The translations under genes and the position numbers were made by a program. DNA of 59,585 bases, the filler included, from Diploschistes diacapsis (lineage: Eukaryota): NCBI GenBank assembly GCA_023645945.1. It is 5 parts of 5 records of this genome, joined end to end, with 100 filler letters (N's around TTAATTAATTAA, not from the genome) between each part and the next. Parts side by side here need not be neighbours in the genome. Positions count along the whole stretch, not along the records: positions 1 to 7,309 come from JALAIB010001296.1; positions 7,410 to 14,705 come from JALAIB010001297.1; 3 more parts are not named here. One strand, given 5' to 3'. How positions within the stretch are numbered: position 1 is the stretch's first letter; each line of letters opens with the position of its first letter. Positions 1 to 10,775 of the stretch are shown here, in pieces. The notes under the pieces were generated by a model. The model saw nothing but the letters and a program-made list of their open reading frames with translations. It was not told the DNA's origin and searched no databases.

Positions 1-1490
1 GGGTTGAGCCGGGAGGTTGGGGAAGGTGATGCTGTTGCTGTCAATGTTCTTGTGGAGCCAGCCAACCGTGTGTAGGTACAGGAGGGATGTAGCGAGTTTG
101 TGGACGAGGGCGATGCGGATCGTCAGAGAGGGACGGGGGGTAGATGAGAGAGCATGGGCGAGGGAGGTGGGTGGGAGCTCGGCTAGCTGGGTTGGGTTGG
201 AGAGGGTGTAGACGATGCCGAAACGGTCGAGTTTCACATTCGAGTTGCCGGTCGCTTCGCGGTCGTCAAAAAAGCCTAGGCAGCGCGGAGCGAGGAACTC
301 AGCGATATGTGGCAGCTTGAGTAGTGAGACGAGCTCACGCACGCGGGCCACGTTGGCGTCAAGGGGCTTGCGCACCGGGTGCCCGTTGGAGTCGCGATCC
401 GCTTCGCCATTGTAGGACTTCCACTCAATCCAGACGAAAGTTGTTGCGCCGTCTTCCGTGAGAGTGCCCGTGGAGCGGACTGTAGAGTTCAATTTTGAGG
501 TCTGTGGGTACGAGATTGAGAGAGGGTCGATGGAGGTTTTGCCGACTACGTCGTGGTAAGCGGGCGGCGCTTCCTTATTCGTCATGTCAGATGCCTCGGG
601 AGTGTCTGAGGCGTCGGAAAGAACGTTCATCTCCTTCAATTCGGCTAGGGACTTGAGGACTTGGTAGTTGTGTTCCTGTAAGGCGTTCCTCCCCAAGGGT
701 TTCGCTACTCCGTGGCCACCAAGCACTAAAGCCGCAGCTATCAGGGACCTGAGGTCCTCTACGGACGACCGGACTTGGATCATCTCCAGGTATGTGTTCC
801 GCGTCGTCACCTCGAGCTTCCGAGCATAGTGCCCATGCAGTAGTTCATGTAGATAATTGTTGTATTCTTCGAGCCTGCGCAGTAGCTCCTTGAAGATATC
901 CGCATCGAATGCGACCCACCAGAGCCTCTTCGGCTCAATAACCACATTCTTGACGTTTTTTGCCATGGCAAGTATATGGTTCGTGCCCCTGATATGGTCT
1001 CTCTTCTTTGCATTCTTCTCATATCTCAAAGAAATAGACGCAAATCCTACAGCTAGGTCTATGTTAACCTTTTTGGCTTCCTCGTCTGCTGTCCGGTCTG
1101 GTTTCAACTGCTCATAGCGTCCATTTAGCGAAGCAAATTCGTCCACGAGCGCTTTGATATTGGACAAGATAGTAACCAAGACCAGTTTATCCGCACGAAG
1201 AGCTTCCGGAACATCTTGACCAGATTCTTCTTCTACAAATCCAGCGGCTTCTGCCCAACTTAGCAGCCTTTGATACTCGATTTGTAGCTTCAGGCACAGG
1301 TCACTGCATTGCTTAGGCATATTAGCCGCAGCTAGGAACACCTTATAGCCTTGACCCAATCAGCTGGGAGCCCGTAGCTGAGATCATCGTTAGAGAGCGC
1401 CTGAGAAATCGGTTCCAAACCTTTGACAACACCATCAAGGAGCTGTATAGCAAGGCTAGCGGCGCCTATCGCTGTGCCCGGGTCCACCAT
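1..1490 (-). CDS. HeLo (prion-inhibition/propagation) domain + protein-kinase-like (probable pseudokinase) protein; 3' end runs off the window
   Basis: Not in the ORF track. Manual translation from ATG 1490: MVDPGTAIGAASLAIQLLDGVVK, intron ~1420-1350 (GT..AAG), then GYKVFLAAANMPKQCSDLCLKLQIEYQRLLSWAEAAG (HeLo-type). It continues KRLWWVAFDADIFKELLRRLEEYNNYL, VWIEWKSY, LAPRCLGFFDD, RIALVHKLATSLLYLHTVGWLHKNIDSNSI (kinase-like fold) and is open to base 1. Confidence 0.85.
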
Positions 1491-1937
1491 AATGGATGAT
1501 AAAAAGGCTCACTGTTCTTTAGCAGATGGCGATGTCATCCTGTTTGAAGTGCAACTTGGAGATAAATTTCAATAAGGAAACCTAAACGCAGCAGCGCTAT
1601 AGCCTCCATCTTAAAGGGCCTGGAGGCTGCGCCTAGAAGACTAATAGAGGCTTTGCGATAACTCGCGAATGGGGTTGCATGGTTGGGCATGGCTGCGCTC
1701 GAGCGATTAGCCTATGAGAGCGAGGAGTAGGAGGGTACGAGGCAGATTTCAAAGCAGCACCTGGACGAGAATCAGCCGAGCCCTATGGCCCTATTGCCGG
1801 TCATGCTCTCAGCCTTGTCTGGCCTTGATCGCGGGACTCGGTGAGGAGAGGTATGCACTCTATGATTTCCATCGTCTTGGATTCATGGACGAATTATATA
1901 TATATCTAAGAATTAACAGAGGCGCCATATCCAAGTA

Positions 1938-3409
1938 ATGCCCCATTACGAAGGTGCAGCAGGTGCAGTGTCTATAACAGCGTCGTTGGCCACAGCGGAT
2001 GAGGACAGTCCATGGGCAAGCAAAATGTTGCTTTCCCTGGATGGGGGAGGCATACGGGGTTATTCATCTTTGTTGATTCTTAAGAGGTTGATGGACGAAG
2101 TGAGCTTGCTGGAACGCAGTAAGGAGCCATCTGCGTTGTCGAGCGCGCATTCGATCTGGAACCATGAGACTGCAGAGGAAGCAGCATCGCATCCGAACGA
2201 CTATTTGCCTTGCCACTACTTTGACTACATCGGAGGAACTTCCACGGGTGGACTTATCGCTGTCATGTTGAGTCGGCTCCGGATGAGCGTAGACCAGTGC
2301 ATCGGGGTGTACAAAGACCTGGGAAAGCAGGTATTTGGGCGGCGGGCCAGGTCCCGGTCTTGGTGGAACAGTTTCCAGTCGAGTCCACCGTCGCCCAGAA
2401 TAGGTGTTGCATGCCTTCGCAAATGGCAGCCTTTGCTTCCCAGTCCAGAGGAGAGCGAGGAGATGTTCTGGTCCGACGATATCAGGTGCAGAACCATCGT
2501 GTGCGGAGTATCGGGGCATGCAAAGAGACGCTCCTCACAAGCCCAGCTATTGCGCTCTTACGTTCGAGACGATACTCTGGATCTTGACATCGACAGTAAA
2601 AACTGCAAGCCTCGTTCTCAGTCCATTGGCATAAGCACTGTTGACGAAGCTACCGTGGTCACACCCTGAATTTGGGAATCGGCAAACCTAAGTTCGTATT
2701 TGAACAATCCCAGTCTGGAATTATACGAAGAAGTCCGTCAGAGGCACCAACAGACTGCTGATCCTATCAACGTCTTCCTAAGCCTTGGCACCGGAAATCC
2801 AAAATCCCGTTCATCGCGGCCAAACGGTAGCTTTAAGCCCAAGAGCAAGCTCTCGCGATCATTGACCAGGTTGGAGAAGCATATCAGCTCGGTCTCTGAT
2901 GGGCGTGCACCAAGAGATGAAGCAACGTTCCAAAGAGAAAGGCTTCAACTATTACCGGCTGGACGTCAAGGACTATCTCAGTACGGTCAGGCTCGGTGAA
3001 TGGAAGCCTCTCAACAATGGGAAGATTACTTTGACAGCCATCGAAGCCGCGACGGCGGACTACTTGCGTCAGCCCGATGTGCGGGGCTGAGATGTCTGAA
3101 TGCGCCGAGAGACTGGTCCACAGGCGCGGGAAACGCTCCGAGACTATGCGGTGGGGAAAAAGCTTTGCGCTTGGCACCAGATACCGGTGCAAAGTAGAAC
3201 CTCCGTGCGATTACAAAGATTCAAAAGGGAGAACATATCTATTTCAGAACCGCAATGAGCTCATGGACCACCTGAGGTCCTACCACCATAAGCCTCCCCC
3301 TGATGCACACAATTATGAGGAGATCCAGGCGTTGGTGGATAGAGGCCGAACGAACAGTGGTTTATCCACGGATTCTATACAATGGCTCTACGTTTCTATA
3401 TTGCTTTGA
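1938..3409 (+). pseudogene. Patatin-like phospholipase with C-terminal C2H2-like motif, disrupted
   Basis: LSLDGGGIRG and GGTSTGG motifs are present. In-frame TGA at 2667-2669; frame changes near 2900 and 3085 (pieces 2700-2999, 2899-3090 and 3077-3409 join into one protein). No DGG before NNP. Tail RYRCKVEPPC...LMDHLRSYH. Confidence 0.8.
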
Positions 3410-3490
3410 ATAACAAGCGGATGGCGTTAGTACAGCTCTACGTTTCTATATTGCTTTGAGCAACAAGCGGATAGCGTTAGTACAGCTCTA
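3385..3490. repeat. Tandem ~50-bp direct repeat (2.1 copies) overlapping the patatin stop
   Basis: gctctacgtttctatattgctttga..aacaagcggat.gcgttagtaca starts at 3385 and 3435, with a partial copy at 3485. Confidence 0.95.
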
Positions 3491-3639
3491 GACAGTTATT
3501 AACATTTCATTATGTATGATCAGGAATATGTATCTACGAAGGTGGAAACAATGAGGATATCAAGGTCATGAGAAACGAACTCTTCCATATTCATATATAG
3601 CCATAAATTCATTCCACTTGGTCAAGATTTACCTTTCCT

Positions 3640-6040
3640 CTAATTTGCGACTGAGAAATCAGTGCATACAATGTAATTCACCCGACCTATGCTCCGTTTG
3701 AAAGATATCCACCAACCTAGACCGCCAAGGTCGGCAACTCCGAGCAGTCTGCCATCTGCGCCATGTATTGCATGTCTTTGACCTGTGGACGGGAGTCTGT
3801 ACACGCGTACCTCAGATTCTGCAATTTCGTTAATGAGGCTTTGATTTAAGCAGTAGTGCTTACAGACCTTTCAGTGCCCAATAAAACTGCTCATCAACTT
3901 TTCCTTCCTGCACGTGGTATCGAACGATCTTGTCATAATCACCAAACCCAAGATTCTTGATATCGTCCGTGAGGTATTGAAGGCCCAATGAAGGTGGAGC
4001 TTCAGACTCCTTACCCTTTGCGTCTTGCGGATCTTGGGTACCCTCGATTGTCTTTTTGTCTGCGTGGGAATTAGGCGGCAGTCGTGGATCCAGCCTCCTA
4101 CTGGTTGATGCAGGAATGGCACTGGCAACCACTTCATGTGGTTTCCTTAGAGAACTTGACCTCTTAATCTCCCTATTATCAATCGTGCTGCCATCACGAC
4201 TCGTTACTGTCTTTGCGTTTGCAGACTGACGTGAGTCTGTCACATTCGGCACAGATGGTGCATATGCTTTAGGCAAAGACATATTGAACGCATTGGAGGG
4301 CTGGGAAGGTGGCGTGTGAAAGTAGTCTAGAGAATCACTTTGATAGCTTTCAAAAGATGAAAGGCCCTGAGAACTGGAGCTCGATTCGTCTGAGAATGTT
4401 ATATATGGTGTTCCAGTGGCTTGTCTACTAGGTGCAGAGCGAGAAGTATGTCCTGGCACCTGACCATTGGTGTGTTGCCCTGGATTAGGTCGCGAAGTCT
4501 CGAAGGGATTAACAACGCTTGAATATGCCACAAAATCCGTGCTTTGTGGCCTTCCGACGGGTACTCGGCCATTTTTAGGTGATTTAGATCGAAAAGTAAT
4601 GGTGTCCCGGCTAAGGGAGGAGCGTCTTTCAAGATCAATTCTTCTTTGACTTTGAGGTGGCCGAATAATGGTTGCCCTTGGGCTGTCTGGAGGCGAGACT
4701 GTTCCACCATTACGTATTGGCCTATACCCCGATGGACCTCTGGTTCGCCCGTCTTGGCCTTCACTAGTATCATTCGGCGTGTCGTCTATTCTATCGATTC
4801 GAGATTGCCTTCGAAGCTTGCCTGCTTCTGAGTTTTCTATTTGCACCGGGGAAGGCTTCCAAGCTTCTTTGTGATCAGGGTGACAGTCACGACACCAAGC
4901 TTGGTCCTTGAAAGCAAAGTCTTTCCAGAGGTCTTTTGACTTTGGCCGGTTCTCGGGCAATTTTGACATCATCTTGCAAATGGTTTCGACGGACTGTGAG
5001 ACTGGTTCGATTTCCTTTTCGCTAAGAAACCTGGGGGACTGAAGGGTTGCAAGCTTAGTGCACCAGGCATCGAGTTTGCCAAGGTTGGCGCAGAAGTTCT
5101 CGTTCTTGCCAGTCACATTCACAGAGTAGGAGAAATGGTTTTTGATCGTAGGCCAGGAAAAGCCAAGAATGATCGAAGCCATCTCGAGAAAGACACAACC
5201 AAGCATGAAGACATCGTCCGGATCATCACGAAATGCATTAGGGTCGAGGTCGGCCATTTCTGGAGACATGTATCTCTCCGTTCGCATTGTGCCTTCAGTC
5301 GTGACGTGAGGCACATTTTTTTCGAACCTTTTAGAGATCCCAAAGTCGGTGAGGATAATATAGCCCTGCCAGTCTATGAGGCAGTTTTCTGGTTTTATAT
5401 CCTTGTGGCGCATCCCTACTTCATGGAGGTAGCTCAAAGCCTGACACAGACAGACGAAATAGCCCCTCAGCGTTGTAAGTTTATCCTTGACAGAGCGCTG
5501 GCCAAGGTAAGAATCTTGAGGCAGCTCCCGGGGCTTTTGAGATTTTGTAAGCTTGGGAGTAAGATGTTGGTCTGTGGGGTAATGCTTTGAGATGTCGTTG
5601 AACAAGTCCCCAAGATCGCAAGCCGCAGCTGGGTATATCAGGATGTGCAAGCGGTCACAGTGCCAAAAGGTGCCAAGAAGAACACAGACATGAGGATGAC
5701 GGAGGTCGAGCATGTTTCTTACCTCCGTTTGTGCCCGCGACCGACTTTCCAATTCTGAAGCATCGATGATTTGTTTTACAGCAAATGTATAATCAAATCG
5801 TTTATATGCTCCGTCCACGCTATACTCATCGATGAGTGCAGTGTTGCTCTTTCTTGGTGATGCATCTAGGCTCCGTTTCCAAAGCAGTGGTGCTGGCTTC
5901 GTTGCCACAAATTTGCATTCGATGCTGCCATCCTTCCAGGCAAATTGATTCTTGTCCTCCAGATATTGTCGCACAGCAGAAACTCTTGGCTCTTCAGGGG
6001 ACTGTCTGTCTATTGCAAGCCCATTTTGAGGTTGACTCAT
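3640..6040 (-). CDS. Ser/Thr protein kinase with long low-complexity C-terminal region
   Basis: 726-aa ORF with FAVK, EV..M..LRHPH, HKDIKPEN, TDFG, YMSPE and DVFMLGCVFLEM. Probable last intron ~3869-3819, then a terminal exon (ESEVRVYRLP...SVAN*) ending at 3640. Confidence 0.9.
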
Positions 6041-6970
6041 ACTCGAGCGCAGTTCAGTATAGCAGACACGGGTCCCAGGAACTCCACGGATCTTTCGTCA
6101 ATCTACCGTAGCCGGTAGGCGGTCCCCTAGTTTCTGCAAATCGAAAGTCAGTAAAACAAACAGCACAGGAGCCCGGCTAGATGCACTCAGTAAACATTCT
6201 TCCGACCTAGCGAGGGTTGCCGGGCCTTCAACAGATAAAAAGATCGGCAATACTGAAGGTTGGTTTTTGGGACTTCTAAGGAGGGTATTGTTGCATGGTC
6301 CTCAGCCGAGTATAATCCACGACGACGTCGTTCACAAGAATGCGCGTTGCTATTAACACGATGAGCCTCTCATGCTCTTCACAAAGACGAAACACCATGA
6401 TCATGAAGAAACAAACGGGTCGCTAGCCTTGCACAAGCTAGCCATTTATGGTGGAGGGTGGTGTCGAGTCGCTCATCATGGGCCAATGCATGTTTCTGCC
6501 AAGTTTTAGCGCATATAAAGTATGTAAGATAGGATTCGAAGGCATCGGGCTTTCTTTCGCACGTGTTCAATGAACCCCAGGAACATCGTGACAACTGAAA
6601 GAGGTGTCCAACGTAGAGCGATGTCACTAGAAGTAAGGTAGATACACTCCCTGACGCTGTAGAGCAGTCCTGCCTCTACTTATCATTATGATAGTAGAAG
6701 CCACTATGCAAACATGATAAAGGTGAAAGAACTATAACGTGAGGTAGTGACCTATGCACACCACTTGTCAATTGGCTTTTAGTAAAAACACCGCGACCGG
6801 TATCTCCGAAAAGGGGTGTCGATCAACTAAAATGCATTTTTACTTGTAGCACGCCCTTCCCTCAAATCAGTATGATGAACCTATATAGAGATAGATCTGA
6901 CAATCGACAACACCGGAGACCTGCTGGACGCCATTCCATTTCCTAGACCTCTGCACACATCCACTCCATC

Positions 6971-7139
6971 ATGGCGGCCCCAGCGTCGCAGTATAAGGAC
7001 CGGCAGTTTCTAGCTGTCATAGGTGATGAAGTAAGCCACTCAGGCTTTTGTTCGAGCAACCGCTACCAGATTGACGTCTCCACTAATCGATTGCTGTAAC
7101 TAGGACTCAGTGACAGGACTTCTCCTCGCAGGCATCGGA
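6971..7139 (+). CDS. VMA7: V-type ATPase subunit F, first two exons (remainder lost at assembly gap)
   Basis: Exon 6971-7030 MAAPASQYKDRQFLAVIGDE; intron GTAAGC..TAG; exon 7104-7139 DSVTGLLLAGIG; then GTACGT donor. Confidence 0.92.
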
Positions 7140-7309
7140 GTACGTCCACACTAGCTCCCCCAACCCCAAAGAAAATCCCCAAGAAAATTGAGCATCAACC
7201 CACAATGAGCACAGCTCTAGAAGCATATCATGATGGCGCTCCTAAGCACCAAGGTCACGGCGTTCCTCCATTCCCGTCCATCCCATCCCTCCACCACCCC
7301 CTCTAATGC

Positions 7310-7409
7310 NNNNNNNNNNNNNNNNNNNNNNNNNNNNNNNNNNNNNNNNNNNNTTAATTAATTAANNNNNNNNNNNNNNNNNNNNNNNNNNNNNNNNNNN
7401 NNNNNNNNN
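7310..7409. other. Assembly gap spacer (N44-TTAATTAATTAA-N44)
   Basis: N runs around a six-frame stop linker. Confidence 0.98.
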
Positions 7410-8360
7410 GCGGGGATCTCGAGGGCGAGCAGAGCGAGCAGGGTGCGAAATGGAGCCAAAGGAAAAGAGAAAAAAGAAGAAAGAAAGGGTGCGTATCTTA
7501 CTTCGACAAGGAAGCAGCAGGGGAAAAGACGCTGGAAAGGGTTAGAGGCCTGGAGAGGGGAATGGGTGGAGGTTGTTGTGCTGGCGCATGATGAGGGGTG
7601 GGAAATGGGAGACTATGGATTTGGATGGTGAGGTTGATGTTGGGGAGGATAATGGGGAGGTATATGCATGTTGATGTGGTTGCTGAGGGGAAGATGGGCG
7701 GGGATATAGAGGAGGATATAAGTGGTGATTAGGAAGCAGGGAAGAGAGAAGGGGAACGAGGAACGAGGGGGAGATTGCGGATGCTGAGTGAGCGGAGTTG
7801 CTGGTGGGTGATGGATAAAAGGGTCGATGAGGGAAGGGTTGGGTACGGTCCATGGTTGTACTAGCAGTTCGGGGACTGTGCTGACGGACTGTCCGTATTG
7901 TTGCCTTCGGATTGTCCCGAAGATTTCATTCATGGAGGAGGGAAGTTGCTTTGAGGTCTATTTTCGCAACGTTCATAGAGGGACGTCGAGAGAACTGAAT
8001 GGGGGTAAGGTGCTCGAGAGGTGCCCGAAGTGGCTCACGATAAGCAATTCTGTAGGTCGGATAGAAAGACGCCTGGGTGCTTCAAATGGGATTGGAAATG
8101 GAGCTGAATGGAAGAGAGTACTTCAGGCCTCTATGCGTGCTAGAAGCAAGCATATTTGAAGCCAGGAATGTAGGAGATGACCGAAATGCTTCAAATTGGT
8201 TCGACTAAGGAATCGAATGGAAGTACGTGTTTGTTGCCTCAGCATAGTTAGCGATAAGCCTTTTCTAAATAAACGAAAAATAATGATAATGAAAGATCAA
8301 GTCTAAATAAATGCCATCCGCGCAATTACCCCTTCACCGAAACCCCCGTCAAAAAATACC

Positions 8361-10775
8361 CTACGTCTTTTCGAACCCCCATTCCTCCAACAACTTCACT
8401 ATCTCCTTATGCCCCTTCTCCTCCGCCAAATCCAACGCAATATCCCCAAACTTGTTCATCTCATCCGTGTCCGCACCCGCATCCAGCAGCATCTTGACCA
8501 CTTTCGCGTGGCCCTTCGCCGCCGCCAGATGCAGCGCCGTATCCTCGTTCTTGTCCTTCTGGCCCGGGTTCTTGGAAGCCTTCAGAAGGTCCCGCACCGT
8601 CATGTCGTAGCCCTTCTCCGCCGCTAGGTGCAGCGGCAGGTGGCCGAACTTGTCTGGGATGTCTTGCCGCGGCTTGTGCCGGATCAGCAGGCGCGCTGTC
8701 TCGATGTGGCCGCCCTCGATGGCGAGCAGCAGGGGCGTCATGCCGCGCCAATCGGTGTGGTCGAGCTCGACCGTGCCGTCGGCCCGCAGGACGGCGAGGA
8801 CGAGCTCGCGCTTACCGTTACGAGCCCCGAATTGGAGGCCCTTGCTGAGGAACTTGGTACGCGCGGCCGGGTCGGGGATGTTTGCACTTAGCAGGATGGG
8901 GAACATGTTGGGGGTGTTGTACTTTGCAGCGGAGGTGAGGGCGTTGAAGCCCATCCTGTCCTCCAGCTCGACCTTGGCGCCGTACGAGAGAAGAAGCTGT
9001 GCTCGATCCTCGAAGCCTCGTAGCGCGGCCTCTTGTATCGGGTAACTTTTGTGGTTATCACTGCTGGGAGCATTGGGGTCGGCGCCTGCTTCCAAGAGGT
9101 ATTTCGCCAGGTCGATGACCCTCGATTGTTTGTCGTTTCCGTCGTTCAGTTTCATCACGCAATGCAAGGCACTGTCACAATATTTATTGGTCAAGCTTGG
9201 GTCCAGCTTCGCGGTGTCAATCAGGAGCTTCAGAATGTCAAGGCGGCAAGTATCAATCGCTCGGAATAGAACATTGCCCTTCTCCTCTTCCTTGGTGGGG
9301 ACCGCATTGTGCTCAAGCATGAAGCGGACTAGGCCTTCATTGCCACTCTTAAGGGCCAACGATAAAGCCGAGTTGCCATAGGAATCCTTAGAATTTAAAC
9401 TGGCCTGGCGCCGTTCCATCAGCAAGCGTACTGTCTTCTCGCACCCCTTTTCAGCTGCGGCTGTAAGGGCCTGATCGTAGTCCTCTTTTGCCTGCTCCTC
9501 TCCATGCGCATCCTCGTAATCCAGGATCAAATCAACGATCTCCGGGTAACCGGAGGCTGCCCAATGAAGGGAATGATTTTGATGTGCGAGTTTGAACCCA
9601 GGGTCTCCTCCGCTATCGAGTAGATACCTGTAGATGGCCGTGTTGCCGTATACTGCAGCTCGTGCAATATGTGCCCAACCGTTGTTGTCTATCGCATTGA
9701 TAACGGCGCCCTGGGAGACGAAACGCTTGACATCTTCCAACTCTCTGTTCTTAATAGCGCTTGTTAATGCCCAACTAAGCTCCTCCTTTTCTGCATCGGT
9801 CAAGTATCTTTGAACCTCGAGCGAACTTCCCAAGTTATTTGCAGACTTGTGAGAAGTGGTGACCAGTATCGCGCCATAACCACTATCAGGCAGGTTTTGC
9901 AAAAGGCCAGTGTCCTCAAAAGCGTTGTGATCGTAGCCGTCTAGTACGAGCAACCAGGGATGCCAGCGCTCGCTCAAGAAGTTCCTAACAAATTCTATCT
10001 TTTCGTCCTGGGTTCCTTCCGTTGAGCGACGCACAACGGAAGCAATGCCCTCGAGGCTCCGTAGCAAACCATGGGGAGTCTGAGCGTTCAACCAGAATAC
10101 CGTCTTGAATTGCCCCAGAGCATGCGACTGTCTGGAGTACTCCAGAGCCAGCTGGGTCTTGCCGGCCCCGCTGTTTCCAATCAGCACAACCACGGTCGGT
10201 CTGTCTACTTGAGCTCTTGCCGCATCGTAGAATAGCTGATCCAGCTTCTCAATCAGATCCTTTCGGTCAGCAAATGGCTCCGCGCGCTTTTCCTTCACCT
10301 CGTAATAGTCCACTTCTTCCGGCAACCAGTGAGGAATGTCTTCCGAGTCTATGACATGGTGCAGAATCAGCACGTTGATGTATGTCTGCAAGTTCTTGTC
10401 GATGGCGAGGATCTTTTCGTCATGCTTGAAGCTAGCAAACGACTTGCGGAGCTTCGAGGCTAACGATTCGCCCGGCGCTTTTGCGACTTTATTGAGGATG
10501 GACTCAACCTCTTGGATCAGACCACCACAGCCAGATATAACGCCCTTCAAGATACATCGGGTATCAAAGTCGAATTTGCCGAGCTCCACATCGGACTTTA
10601 CGCGTTGAAGAGCGTTAACAAGGAGAGGCAACTGAGTGTTGATCGATTGTAAAGACCTAGGTACCTCATTCGGGCTGGCTTTGTTATATTCTGCGAGTCT
10701 CTTGCCAATCTTGAAGCCTACGTCGATGAACTGTGCAACAGCTGAAGCAAGGCCAATGGCAGACAAAGGATCCAT
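8361..10775 (-). CDS. Fungal NLR-like STAND protein: SesA/HeLo-like N-terminus, NB-ARC-type P-loop, ankyrin repeats
   Basis: 804-aa ORF. N-terminus MDPLSAIGLASAVAQFIDVG; Walker A GNSGAGKTQLALEY; Walker B WLLVLDG; ILVTTS. Many ankyrin motifs follow (GMTPLLLAIEGGH, GHLPLHLAAEKGY, DTALHLAAAKGH). Confidence 0.92.
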   Translation of the reverse strand: MDPLSAIGLASAVAQFIDVGFKIGKRLAEYNKASPNEVPRSLQSINTQLPLLVNALQRVKSDVELGKFDFDTRCILKGVISGCGGLIQEVESILNKVAKAPGESLASKLRKSFASFKHDEKILAIDKNLQTYINVLILHHVIDSEDIPHWLPEEVDYYEVKEKRAEPFADRKDLIEKLDQLFYDAARAQVDRPTVVVLIGNSGAGKTQLALEYSRQSHALGQFKTVFWLNAQTPHGLLRSLEGIASVVRRSTEGTQDEKIEFVRNFLSERWHPWLLVLDGYDHNAFEDTGLLQNLPDSGYGAILVTTSHKSANNLGSSLEVQRYLTDAEKEELSWALTSAIKNRELEDVKRFVSQGAVINAIDNNGWAHIARAAVYGNTAIYRYLLDSGGDPGFKLAHQNHSLHWAASGYPEIVDLILDYEDAHGEEQAKEDYDQALTAAAEKGCEKTVRLLMERRQASLNSKDSYGNSALSLALKSGNEGLVRFMLEHNAVPTKEEEKGNVLFRAIDTCRLDILKLLIDTAKLDPSLTNKYCDSALHCVMKLNDGNDKQSRVIDLAKYLLEAGADPNAPSSDNHKSYPIQEAALRGFEDRAQLLLSYGAKVELEDRMGFNALTSAAKYNTPNMFPILLSANIPDPAARTKFLSKGLQFGARNGKRELVLAVLRADGTVELDHTDWRGMTPLLLAIEGGHIETARLLIRHKPRQDIPDKFGHLPLHLAAEKGYDMTVRDLLKASKNPGQKDKNEDTALHLAAAKGHAKVVKMLLDAGADTDEMNKFGDIALDLAEEKGHKEIVKLLEEWGFEKT

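Noticed and set aside
7410..7933. Pro/His-rich minus-strand ORFs
   Set aside because: Consequence of extreme purine/G skew; no evidence of a gene.
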